From Aureliella sp. (GTDB lineage: Bacteria > Planctomycetota > Planctomycetia > Pirellulales > Pirellulaceae), in NCBI GenBank assembly GCA_963691875.1, contig OY829846.1, forward strand, positions 3,040,001 to 3,104,000: a stretch of 64,000 nt of DNA. The letters run 5' to 3'. Of the stretch, positions 28,037 through 37,627 are shown in pieces. The first letter of the stretch is position 1. Every line of letters starts with the position of its first letter. The translations under genes were made by a program, and so were the position numbers. Below the pieces are notes generated by a model, which made no database searches, was not told the origin of the DNA, and saw only the letters and a list, made by a program, of their open reading frames with translations.

Positions 28037-30842
28037 CTCTTTCTCGAACAGATCGTCCACCCGATGGTCGCTAGCCGTGCTTCTGTCAGTTTCACTTGCA
28101 CCTCTGCTAGCGTGGAGCCAGCCTGTATCGGCGCAGGATGAATCAGCTAAAGCCGACCGTCTCTTCACGCTCAGAGTGTTGCCGCTGCTGAAAGTAAAAT
28201 GCTTCGGCTGCCACGGCAACGACGCTGATGACATTCGGGGTGATTACGATCTGATGACTCGGCAAGCCATGCTGGCTGGTGGTGAATCGGGCGAAGCTTC
28301 TGTTGTCCCAGGTAAACCAGAGGAGAGCCCACTGTACCAAGCTGTTCTTTGGGAAGAGTACGAAATGCCGCCCAAGGAAAACGATCGGCTCAGCAAAGAA
28401 GAAACGGAGTACATTCGCGAATGGATTGCTGCTGGGGCACCATGGCCCGACGAGGAAACGCAATCTGCAATCCAAAAGCAAGAGTGGTCGGTTCGCGAAA
28501 ACGAGGACGGAATCATCGTCGATACCAGCGGTGGGCTCGCAGACGACTGGACCTATCGTCGCTACGCCAAGGAAGACATCTGGGCTTTTCAGCCTGTCAT
28601 GAAACCCAAGGTTCCGAAGTCGGCGGAGAATCCGATCGACTACTTCGTAAACAGGAAGCTGGTGGAAGCCGAACTGCAGTCGGCTAGACAAGCCGACCCA
28701 AGTACACTCGTTCGTCGAATTACCTTCGACCTGACAGGATTGCCTCCGACGCCTCGCGAGGTTTGGGAGTTCCGCAACGCGTGGATCAGCGACGAGGAGG
28801 CTGCTTGGTCGGCACTTGTCGATCGACTCCTTGAAAGTGAACATTTTGGCGAGCGACAAGCGCAGCATTGGCTGGATGTCGTTCGCTACGCCGACACGGC
28901 AGGTTTTTCAAACGACTATGAACGCTCGAATGCGTGGCGTTACCGTGATTATGTTGTACGGAGTTTCAATTCGGACAAGCCCTTCAACGAATTCATCGTC
29001 GAGCAACTCGCAGGAGACGAGCTGCGTCCCGATGATCCCGAGTCTTTAATCGCTACAGGTTTTCTGCGAATGGGGCCTTGGGGTACAGCGATGATTCCCA
29101 AGGAGCAAGCTAGACAGATCTACTTGGACGACTTGGTACATAACGTAGGCCAGTCCTTGATGGCGATGCCACTTCGATGCTGCAAATGCCATGACCATAA
29201 GTTTGATCCAATTCCGACACGCGACTATTACAGAATCTATGCCGCTATGGCAGGAACACAACCCGCCGAACGTGAAGCAGCTTTCCTGCCTGAGGAGAAT
29301 CGCAAGGGATTTGCAGCGAAGAAGAAGCTGGTGCAGGAGTTGCTTGACTATGCGAAAGGCGAGTTAGCCAAAGTTAATGAAAAACAAGAATCTGCAGCGA
29401 AGAAGTGGTACGCGGAACACGATCTACCCTACAAAAATGAGAATGAGCGTCGAGGTGATCCGGAAGACCAAAAGCCACCGCGGCATGTAGGTCTGGAACC
29501 AGAAGACAAAGGAGTCAAAAAGGTTCGTGAGCAAGATGTTTGGATTTGGCAGCGACGCCTGGAGCGTTACCAGCCAATGGTTCAGGCGGTGTACAACGGC
29601 GAGGCGACGGGGGGTGTTAATTCTCGCAAATTGCGCGTCGCCAAGCAGAAGACTCCAAAGTGGCGTCCCGAAAGCTTTATTCTTGCTGGTGGAGCACTCG
29701 AAGCCAAACTCGATGCAGTCAGCCCAGGCGTATTGAGCGCACTCGGTGTTGAAGCCAGTGAGAATCAGGAATCGCCATGGCAGGTTACTAGTGACATCAC
29801 AGGACGCCGTCTGCAGCTGGCTCGGTGGATCGTCAGCGACAAGAATCCTCTCACAGCGCGAGTTATTGTGAACCGTATCTGGCAGTCACATTTCGGTAAG
29901 GGGCTTGTCCGGACAGCCAATAATTTCGGGGTGAAGGGCAACAAACCCACGCATCCGGAACTGCTCGATTGGCTGACCGCCGATTTCGTAGAGAACGGCT
30001 GGAAAGTGAAGCGGCTGCATCGCATGATCCTTTCCTCAGATGCTTATCGCCGCTCTAGCGAGCCAGACGATGCCGCGCGACAGGCGAATGCGGATCCAGA
30101 TAACAAGTTGCTGGCAAGTTTCGCTCCACGTCGGCTAAGTGCCGAAGAGATGCGCGATGCGATCTTACAGACGACTGGCGAATTGAATCGCGAGACTGGC
30201 GGTGTGCCCATCATGCCTGAAATCAATCTTGAGGTGGCTTTGCAGCCGCGGATGATTCAGTTCTCAATCGCTCCCGCCCATCAACCGTCTCGGACTCCAG
30301 CCGAACGAAATCGCAGGACGATCTACGCCTACCGCGTTCGCGGTCAGGCTGATCCTTTTCTTGAGATCATGAATCTGCCCAATCCCAATGAATCCTGCGA
30401 GTTGCGAGATTCGGCTGCGGTAACACCGCAGGCATTCACACTTCTCAATAGCGACGTCATGACGGATCGCTCGATTGCATTTGCCCAACGCATCAGAAGA
30501 GAGAAAAAGAAAGACGTCGCTTCTTGGATTCCGCGAGCCGTGCAACTCGCCTATGGCAGAATGCCTTCAGCAAAAGAGAAAGAAGTGCTTGAGGAATACC
30601 TGCGCGAGATGCAGGCTTACCATCAAGACAACGCACCGGAACCCCGCAAGTACCCCACCTCAGTCACCCGCTCATTGGTTGAAGAGTTTACAGGAGAGCC
30701 CTTCGAGTTCATCGAAAAACTCAATGTGTATGAAGACTATGTACCTGATGCCAAGCCCTGGACTGTTGACGCCGACACTAGAGCTTTGGCTGATGTTTGT
30801 CTTTTGTTGCTGAACGCGAATGAGTTTTTGTATGTTTATTAA
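28023..30842 (+). CDS. DUF1549/DUF1553 protein with planctomycete cytochrome c domain
   Basis: CFGCH, HWLDVVRYADT, CCKCHDHKFDP, NPLTARVIVNRIWQSHFG, PTHPELLDWL; AGGAG RBS. Confidence 0.93.
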   Translation: MANLSSFSNRSSTRWSLAVLLSVSLAPLLAWSQPVSAQDESAKADRLFTLRVLPLLKVKCFGCHGNDADDIRGDYDLMTRQAMLAGGESGEASVVPGKPEESPLYQAVLWEEYEMPPKENDRLSKEETEYIREWIAAGAPWPDEETQSAIQKQEWSVRENEDGIIVDTSGGLADDWTYRRYAKEDIWAFQPVMKPKVPKSAENPIDYFVNRKLVEAELQSARQADPSTLVRRITFDLTGLPPTPREVWEFRNAWISDEEAAWSALVDRLLESEHFGERQAQHWLDVVRYADTAGFSNDYERSNAWRYRDYVVRSFNSDKPFNEFIVEQLAGDELRPDDPESLIATGFLRMGPWGTAMIPKEQARQIYLDDLVHNVGQSLMAMPLRCCKCHDHKFDPIPTRDYYRIYAAMAGTQPAEREAAFLPEENRKGFAAKKKLVQELLDYAKGELAKVNEKQESAAKKWYAEHDLPYKNENERRGDPEDQKPPRHVGLEPEDKGVKKVREQDVWIWQRRLERYQPMVQAVYNGEATGGVNSRKLRVAKQKTPKWRPESFILAGGALEAKLDAVSPGVLSALGVEASENQESPWQVTSDITGRRLQLARWIVSDKNPLTARVIVNRIWQSHFGKGLVRTANNFGVKGNKPTHPELLDWLTADFVENGWKVKRLHRMILSSDAYRRSSEPDDAARQANADPDNKLLASFAPRRLSAEEMRDAILQTTGELNRETGGVPIMPEINLEVALQPRMIQFSIAPAHQPSRTPAERNRRTIYAYRVRGQADPFLEIMNLPNPNESCELRDSAAVTPQAFTLLNSDVMTDRSIAFAQRIRREKKKDVASWIPRAVQLAYGRMPSAKEKEVLEEYLREMQAYHQDNAPEPRKYPTSVTRSLVEEFTGEPFEFIEKLNVYEDYVPDAKPWTVDADTRALADVCLLLLNANEFLYVY

Positions 30843-30858
30843 AGACTTTTATCCGTTG

Positions 30859-31259
30859 GCGATTAGCAATTAGCAACCTGGGAGTTGAGCTTAAAAACGT
30901 TCATGACCTGCAGGTATGGCATAAGGCTCATGCACTTGTGCTGAAGTTGTACCCGGAGACGAAAGGCTTTCCTCAAGAAGAACACTATGAACTCACGTCA
31001 CAGATTCGTAGAGCCGCGATTTCCATACCAACAAACATTGCGGAAGGTTTTGGCCGCGACGGAGATGCAAAGTTATTTCGTTTTGCCCAGATCGCAATGG
31101 GCTCGGCTTCCGAAGTCGAACATCAGTTGCTTCTTGCTCGCGAACTCTGCTTCTTTCCGCCGAGTGGTTTGAACTGCTCAATCGGTAACTTGCCGAAATC
31201 AAGAGAATGCTCATTCCCTTCATTCAAAAGCTAAAGGCCAAACGCTAAGTGCTAATCGC
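30859..31259. repeat. 16-bp inverted repeats with 7-nt periodicity flanking the four-helix-bundle gene
   Basis: GCGATTAGCAATTAGC (30859-30874) versus GCTAAGTGCTAATCGC (31244-31259), 15/16 complementary. Confidence 0.75.
30890..31248 (+). pseudogene. Four-helix-bundle protein (TIGR02436 / 23S rRNA IVP-like), degraded
   Basis: DLQVWHKAH..FPQEEHYELTSQIRRAAISIPTNIAEG..AMGSASE; no start codon, frameshift near 31155 and an internal TAA. Confidence 0.82.
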
Positions 31260-31315
31260 TTCTCCACGCAAGTCCGCCCAGTGAAGCAGATGCTAGCCCA
31301 ACCAGGAAACCTTTC

Positions 31316-32704
31316 ATGATGTTTGACAATCGACGCAACTTTCTCTTTGGTCTTGGTTCTTCTCTCGGAGCCTTAGCTCTGACGGATTTGCAAGCCGCAG
31401 AAAAGAGAGCGGCTGGGCCGCTAGAACCCAAGAAGCCGATGCATGCCGCGAAAGCAAAAGCAGTCATCATGCTCTTCATGGAAGGCGGTCCATCGCAGAC
31501 CGACACCTTTGATCCAAAGCCGAAACTCAACTCCTTGCACCTAAGCGAGTCGACGCGCACTGCGGGGCTCGCCAACGGCAAGCGTTTCTTTGTTGGCAGT
31601 CCCTTCAAGGCTCGCAAGGTCGGCAACGCAGGGATCCAAATGTCGGAGCCCTGGCAGTTCATGGCGGATCCAGAAGTGGCTGACGAATTGTGCGTCTACC
31701 GTGGCTGTCAGGCCGAATCACTGAACCACCCCGAGGCCTTGCTGCAGATGAATACCGGTAGTCGCCTCGGTGGAGATCCAGGTTTGGGCGCCTGGACGAC
31801 CTATGGGCTCGGCTCGGAGAACCAGAATCTGCCTGGCTATGTCGTGATGACCGAGCTTGCTTTGCCACAAGCTGGCCCAGCTCTGTGGACCAATGGATTT
31901 CTCCCGGCGTACCATCAGGGAACGCGACTGAGGTCTACCGGTTCGCCGATCCTGGATTTGCAGCCTCCAAAATTCAAAACACGAGAACATCAACGCAAGG
32001 CGCTCGACCGTTTGGCGATGCTGAACGAGGAACACGCCAAGGCACATCCCGAGCACACCGAGCTGCAAGCCCGCATGGAGAGTTACGAACTGGCCTTCAG
32101 GATGCAAATGGAAGTTCCAGGCGTCCTCGATCTGTCGAGCGAGTCAGAGAGGACTCGCGAAGCTTATGGATTGGATCGTAAGGAGACGGCTCCATTTGGT
32201 AAACAATGCTTGATGGCTCGTAAGCTAGTGGAGCAAGGAGTGCGATTCGTCCAGATCTTCTCCGGCGGCTGGGACAGCCACGACTACTTGGAGAAAGGCC
32301 ATGCTTCGCGTATCAACAGCGTCGATCAGCCCATTGCAGCCTTGATCAAGGATCTCAAGGCGCGTGGAATGCTCGAAGATACGTTGGTGATGTGGACAGG
32401 CGAGTTTGGTCGCACACCCGACAATAACTACCGCGGCGGCGTCACGGCTCTCGGGCGGGGGCACAACGTGGATGCGATGAATATGTGGTTTGCGGGAGGC
32501 GGAGTTCGCCGTGGCTCAATCGTCGGCGGAACTGACGAAATTGGGGCAGAAGCCGTAGATGTGGTACATCCGATCCGCGACGTCCACGTCACCTTAATGC
32601 ATCTGCTCGGCTTGGATGACAACAAGCTCACCTACTTTCATGGCGGCCGCTACAAGCAACTTTCTCAGTTCGGCGGTGAGCTAATTCCAGAAATCGTCGC
32701 CTAG
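31316..32704 (+). CDS. DUF1501 domain protein
   Basis: RRNFL Tat-like signal, AKAVIMLFMEGGPSQ.D.FDPKP, GEFGRTP. Confidence 0.93.
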   Translation: MMFDNRRNFLFGLGSSLGALALTDLQAAEKRAAGPLEPKKPMHAAKAKAVIMLFMEGGPSQTDTFDPKPKLNSLHLSESTRTAGLANGKRFFVGSPFKARKVGNAGIQMSEPWQFMADPEVADELCVYRGCQAESLNHPEALLQMNTGSRLGGDPGLGAWTTYGLGSENQNLPGYVVMTELALPQAGPALWTNGFLPAYHQGTRLRSTGSPILDLQPPKFKTREHQRKALDRLAMLNEEHAKAHPEHTELQARMESYELAFRMQMEVPGVLDLSSESERTREAYGLDRKETAPFGKQCLMARKLVEQGVRFVQIFSGGWDSHDYLEKGHASRINSVDQPIAALIKDLKARGMLEDTLVMWTGEFGRTPDNNYRGGVTALGRGHNVDAMNMWFAGGGVRRGSIVGGTDEIGAEAVDVVHPIRDVHVTLMHLLGLDDNKLTYFHGGRYKQLSQFGGELIPEIVA

Positions 32705-32710
32705 TTCAAG

Positions 32711-34332
32711 CTACTGATCGCGTAGGAACTGTTGTAGATCACTTGGAAGTCGCTGTAAGACTCGGACCTTGTGGTCATTCGACAGCTTAGGGCCTGCTGT
32801 CGAGCAGCCTTGTGCGACTTGATGCTCTAGCAGCTCAACCAGCTCGGCGACCTTATGTGGCATCTCGGTTGCTAAGTTGTGTTTCTCGGCAGGATCTGTA
32901 CTCAGATCAAACAACTGCACAAAAGGAGCCTGAAAGAGACTGGCGTAGTCGAGTACTTTGCTTGTATTTCCAAGAGCTTTTTTCCAAGCTGTCGCTGCTC
33001 CAGGCTCGTTTCCGAATTTTCCGGTGGCTCCGCTGCCGGGGCATAGGCACAGCTTCCAATTGCCGCTGCGAACGACGAATGGACCAATCGACTGCATCAC
33101 TAGATTCTGCCGCACGCCGTCCGCGCTCGGATCAGTAAGCAAGGGAGCAAAACTAATTGAGTCTGGCCCTTGCTCTGGTGTCAACTGCTGGCCGGAGAGA
33201 TCTGCCAAAGTGGCCATGAGGTCGTTCAGTCCGACAAGACGATTGCATTGCCCGCCTTCCGCGATTGTGGCAGGCCAAGATGCAATCATCGGCACACGCA
33301 AACCACCTTCGTAGACGGAGAATTTGTAACCGCGATAGGGGCCAGAAGAAAAATGCCCTGCACGCTCCAGATCATGAATTTGCCCCGGAGTCGCTCTGAG
33401 GGTATTGCCCGCATAGGGTGCCGGACCGTGGTCTGACGTGAAGATGATTAACGTTTCATCTCGCAATCCGTTCTTTTCTAGTGCTTCTACGACTCTTTGG
33501 ACGCCATGATCGACCTCCATCACAAAATCGCCGTAAACTCCAAGCTTGCTTTTACCAAGGAATTCCTTACTGGGGCTGGTCGGGGTATGCGGAGCAGTTA
33601 ACGCCAGATAAAGAAAAAATGGCGTGGTGGAATCTTGTCGGTCAATAAAGTGCTCCGCTTGTCGGTAGAAGGATTCTAAAACTTGGTGGTCCTCGAAGTC
33701 ACGTTCTGCGTCACCTACTCGATTGAACGCACTCCAACCCTTCTTGGCATCCACGGTCCCTTGCCAAACACCATCCTTAGCAAAAGCATAAGGGTACATG
33801 TCGAGTGAGCCAGGGAGGACGAAGGTCGAGTGCCAGCCGTAGTCATTGGGTCCGGCAAGTAATGGTTGTGTGTAGTCGACGTTGTTTTCGTTCTGAATCT
33901 CGCCGTCACGCGTCGCCATCTTCGTGCCCAAGTGCCACTTGCCGACATAGCCAGTACGATAGCCCGCTTGCCCCATCAAGTCGGCAATCGTGAATGTCTC
34001 CGGAGAGAATCGCAAACCGATGAATCCCCACGGCCCTCCCGGCTGGGATCGTCCAAATCGCCATGGATAGCGTCCTGTCATGATAGCCAAGCGAGTTGGC
34101 CCGCAAACTGATGCGTTCACGTGAGCGTCGGTAAAACGAATGCCACTTCTTGCGAGCGCGTCGATATGAGGTGTCTCGATCTTGCAACGAATGCCCCCAA
34201 ACATCCCACATCGCCGTACCCCAGGTCATCGGCCAGGATGAAAACGACGTTTGGCGATTTCGCGAGCGCAATTGCGCTTGCAAAATAGAGCAAGGCGAAA
34301 ATCGAGAAGACAATGGCGAAAGACTTTCGCAT
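32711..34332 (-). CDS. Arylsulfatase family sulfatase; 1-nt frameshift near 34200
   Basis: [15 protein letters not shown] joins TPHID.LA..G..FTDAH..CGPTR, GKWHLG, SDHG. Confidence 0.9.
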
Positions 34333-34387
34333 GCTTACAGCCCAAGAATCGAGGGACGCAAATTTCATGCAGCACCACGCGAATCGA

Positions 34388-35296
34388 CTATCGACCAAGC
34401 CAGCGACAGGCATTGGCCAAGATCTGGATCATCTCTTTTTGCTTGAATACCGGATACTGCTCGTGGCCTGGTCGGAAGTAGAAGACTTTGCCAGCGCCGA
34501 TATCCCAGACCATGCCACTTCGGAACCGTTCTCCTCGCTGCCATGTCTCTTCAAAGACAACTTCATCTGGCTCAGGTACATGGAACGGCTCGTTGTACAT
34601 CTCGGTCGCGGGAATCTCGATCTGAGCTGGCAGACCCTTCGTGATCGGATGATCGGGCGACTTCACGGTGAGTGTGCTGGGCGCTGCATCAGGGCGATAG
34701 TCGGGAAAACAACACCAAGGAAGATGCAAGATTCCCTGGTAGGCTTGCTGGTTCTTTTTGTAGCCAAAAATCGCTGGCGTCAGAGTGCTTCCATGCGTCG
34801 GAACAGTGCGTTCTCGAGGTGGTGGAACTATTTCGATTTCAAGTTGGCGATTCCCCGCGATCTTGCTGAAATGAGCTTTGGCATCTTCCATACTGCGCCA
34901 ATTCATAGCTTCGACAAATGGACGTGCCCAATGAGCCGAGTGGAGAGCGATGAGATCTAATTTACCTCGCCGGACGTAGCGCAAAACCTGTTTGGCTTTG
35001 TTGGCATCAAGATCACTATGCCGAACGTGCCCCCACCAGATGATAACGTCTGCCCATTCCAGGTTGCCTGCAGTAAGTCCCTGTTCGGTATCGTCCAAGG
35101 ACGCCGAACGGATTTCAAAATCCGGCGATGCTAAGCGTTTCGCAAGTTCGTTGCCCAAGAAATCCGAATATGCCTCAGACTGCCGCGGCTGCTGCTCATC
35201 CCAGACAAGCACATGAATCGGTTCCTGGGCAGTGCCGCTGGCTGCTATCAAGAGCAGCAAAAGAAATGCTGGAAATAAGCGGCACAGAATCATCAT
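34388..35296 (-). CDS. ThuA-like domain protein
   Basis: [42 protein letters not shown]. Confidence 0.88.
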   Translation of the reverse strand: MMILCRLFPAFLLLLLIAASGTAQEPIHVLVWDEQQPRQSEAYSDFLGNELAKRLASPDFEIRSASLDDTEQGLTAGNLEWADVIIWWGHVRHSDLDANKAKQVLRYVRRGKLDLIALHSAHWARPFVEAMNWRSMEDAKAHFSKIAGNRQLEIEIVPPPRERTVPTHGSTLTPAIFGYKKNQQAYQGILHLPWCCFPDYRPDAAPSTLTVKSPDHPITKGLPAQIEIPATEMYNEPFHVPEPDEVVFEETWQRGERFRSGMVWDIGAGKVFYFRPGHEQYPVFKQKEMIQILANACRWLGR

Positions 35297-35340
35297 CCCG
35301 CCTTGTGGTGAATGAGTTCGAGTTGGTCCTAGGGCAAAGC

Positions 35341-37017
35341 TTACTTATTGCGCTCCGCCAGCATTTTCTCACGACGCTTCTTGAAGTCGTGGGAGATTTG
35401 AATCGCTTGCTTGCGATCCGCCTCGTCATAATCCCAAAACTGCTGAACGACCGTTTCGCATTTTGGATAATGCGAGCCATCGTCTCCGATGTCTTTTCGA
35501 AGCTGTGCGAATCGCTTCTTCAAGCTGTCTCTGACTCGGCGATACTCCGGATCGTCATAAACATTGACTAGCTCCTCAGGATCTTTCTTGAGATCGTAGA
35601 GTTCCCAGCCGGGTGGCGTGAGGTTTTCTGCCTGATAATTCGCCCCGTAGAAGTAGATCAACTTGTAGTTGTTCGTGCGAATCGCCATCTCGCCAGGATT
35701 ATCGTGATGAGCCATATGCATCCAGTAGCGATAGTAGGCGGCGTTCTTCCAATCAGCAGGTATTTTGCCTGTTTCGCAAATCCCCTTGAAGGAACGCCCC
35801 TGGACTGATTTAGGAATCTCGGCACCAGCAAAATCAAGCAACATCGCGGGATAGTCGACATTTTCTACGATTGCGTCCGTTCGCGTTCCAGCGGGAACTG
35901 CCTTCGGGTAATGAACAATAAAGGGCATCCGTTGCGACTGATCGTAGCCCCAGCGTTTGTCTTGGAAGTCTTTTTCGCCGAGCCAGAACCCCTGGTCGCC
36001 GGTGTAAACGATGACGGTGTTTTCCCACAATCCCTCTGCCTTGAGATAATCGAATACGCGTTCCAAATTATCATCCACGCCTTTCACGCAGCGTAGATAC
36101 TTTTTCAAGTAAGCCTGGTATGCGAGCTTTGTTGTTTCCTTCTCTGACATTTTCTTGGCGTCGTAACCGGCCGGAAACTCTTCAGGAAACAATCGGTAGA
36201 GATCAACCGAGTAGGAACGTCGCGGATTGCGTGAGCCAATGGAAGTGCCGATATGCATCATTAATTCATCGTCATGACCGCGCGTTGCCAGCGACCCCCA
36301 GCTATCAGGGACGTCATAAAGTGTCGCCGGCTCGGGGATGTCGACATCTGCCAAATAGGACTGATAGCGATTGGCGTTCACGAAGAAATCATGAGGCGCC
36401 TTGTAGTGGTGCGAAATGAAGAATGGCTTGTCGGGATCACGCTTGCTTTTGAACCAATCGAGCAGTGAATCAGTGATTGCGTCGGAGGAATGCTCACCTT
36501 TATGAACGACGGTATTCTTCGGCCAAGGCTTGTCACCTTGAACACGGAACTCTGTGTCGTAGTATTTTCCTTGCCCAGGTAGCACTTTGTAGTAATCGTA
36601 ATTTGGCTCTTCCTTCAAATGCCACTTGCCGATCATCGCCGTTTGGTAGCCCGCCTTGCGCATTTGAATTGGCAGCATCTGATCTTGGGGCTTGATGCGA
36701 CCGCCAAGATCGAACACACCGTTGTTGTGATTGTATTGCCCGGTGATGATGCAAGCTCGCGAAGGAGTGCAGATGCCGTTAGTACAGAATGCGTTCTCGA
36801 ACACCATACCCCCCCGAGCCAGCTCATCAATGTTCGGAGTCGGGTTCAAGTCTTTAAGCACCGTTGCGTAAGCTCCAACTGCCTGCGCCGTGTGATCGTC
36901 CGACATGATGAACAAGATGTTAGGCTTCTCTTGACCGAAGCTGAACACCGGCTGCAAACCAGCCAACAATAGGACAAGCATTAGAAAGACGGTGCGAACT
37001 CGTGAGTAGGATGGCAT
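35341..37017 (-). CDS. Sulfatase
   Basis: PNILFIMSDDH, ICTPSRA, GKWHL, YYRYWMH, ELYDL..DP.E. Confidence 0.95.
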   Translation of the reverse strand: MPSYSRVRTVFLMLVLLLAGLQPVFSFGQEKPNILFIMSDDHTAQAVGAYATVLKDLNPTPNIDELARGGMVFENAFCTNGICTPSRACIITGQYNHNNGVFDLGGRIKPQDQMLPIQMRKAGYQTAMIGKWHLKEEPNYDYYKVLPGQGKYYDTEFRVQGDKPWPKNTVVHKGEHSSDAITDSLLDWFKSKRDPDKPFFISHHYKAPHDFFVNANRYQSYLADVDIPEPATLYDVPDSWGSLATRGHDDELMMHIGTSIGSRNPRRSYSVDLYRLFPEEFPAGYDAKKMSEKETTKLAYQAYLKKYLRCVKGVDDNLERVFDYLKAEGLWENTVIVYTGDQGFWLGEKDFQDKRWGYDQSQRMPFIVHYPKAVPAGTRTDAIVENVDYPAMLLDFAGAEIPKSVQGRSFKGICETGKIPADWKNAAYYRYWMHMAHHDNPGEMAIRTNNYKLIYFYGANYQAENLTPPGWELYDLKKDPEELVNVYDDPEYRRVRDSLKKRFAQLRKDIGDDGSHYPKCETVVQQFWDYDEADRKQAIQISHDFKKRREKMLAERNK

Positions 37018-37110
37018 AGCGCTAGCTTGTGAGGGAAGGTCTTATGGGGGGATTCCTGGTCGCTTTCGCGAGCGGCCATTTTAGCACGCAGCGAGCCCAC
37101 GGGGAGCGAA

Positions 37111-37132
37111 GAATTCTGGCGAACCCCACTAC
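37111..37132 (-). repeat. GTAG-type REP-like repeat
   Basis: Reverse complement GTAGTGGGGTTCGCCAGAATTC; related copies at 37578 and 56009. Confidence 0.65.
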
Positions 37133-37563
37133 GAAGAGTCAGTTTGGGAGCGGAAGGCGTCTTGGATCTCGGGTGGTATCCTGGCAAGTCGCATGGTGCT
37201 GCGATCGATGAAGGCCCAATTGGTTTCCGCTCTCGCAAGCAGTTGCCGATCAGCGACGCGCAAAATGCGATATTTCCGGATTGAGGACACTTTCTCCATT
37301 GTGGCTATCCAAGTCTCGACAAGGATCTCGTCTCCGAGCATCGCGGGCTGGCGATATTGGATCTGGTGAGAGCGAACGACGAAACCTTGCCCCCGTTCTT
37401 TCAGCCGCTCCGATGGCCAGCCGACGTATCGGCAGTGTCGACCAGCCGCTTTGTTAGTCCAGTCAAGATAGTGCAAGTTATTGACATGATTCATTTGGTC
37501 AATCATGTTCTTATCGACTGAAAACTGAGTTTCGAAGACGTCTGAGAAAAAAGTTGTATCCAT
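37129..37563 (-). CDS. Acyl-CoA thioesterase (4HBT/YbgC-like)
   Basis: IDQMNHVNN..Y, VVRSHQIQY..PA..GD. Confidence 0.9.
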   Translation of the reverse strand: MDTTFFSDVFETQFSVDKNMIDQMNHVNNLHYLDWTNKAAGRHCRYVGWPSERLKERGQGFVVRSHQIQYRQPAMLGDEILVETWIATMEKVSSIRKYRILRVADRQLLARAETNWAFIDRSTMRLARIPPEIQDAFRSQTDSS

Positions 37564-37577
37564 ACTGCTATTGTCTC

Positions 37578-37627
37578 TTAGTGGGATTTGCCAGAACTCC
37601 TCTTCCCGAATTCTCCCTCTGCACTAC
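37578..37627. repeat. REP-like doublet (degenerate)
   Basis: TAGTGGGATTTGCCAGAACTC followed by inverted GAATTCT..CACTAC. Confidence 0.55.

Noticed and set aside
30890..31248. Diversity-generating retroelement (Avd-like gene)
   Set aside because: No reverse transcriptase or TR/VR pair in the window
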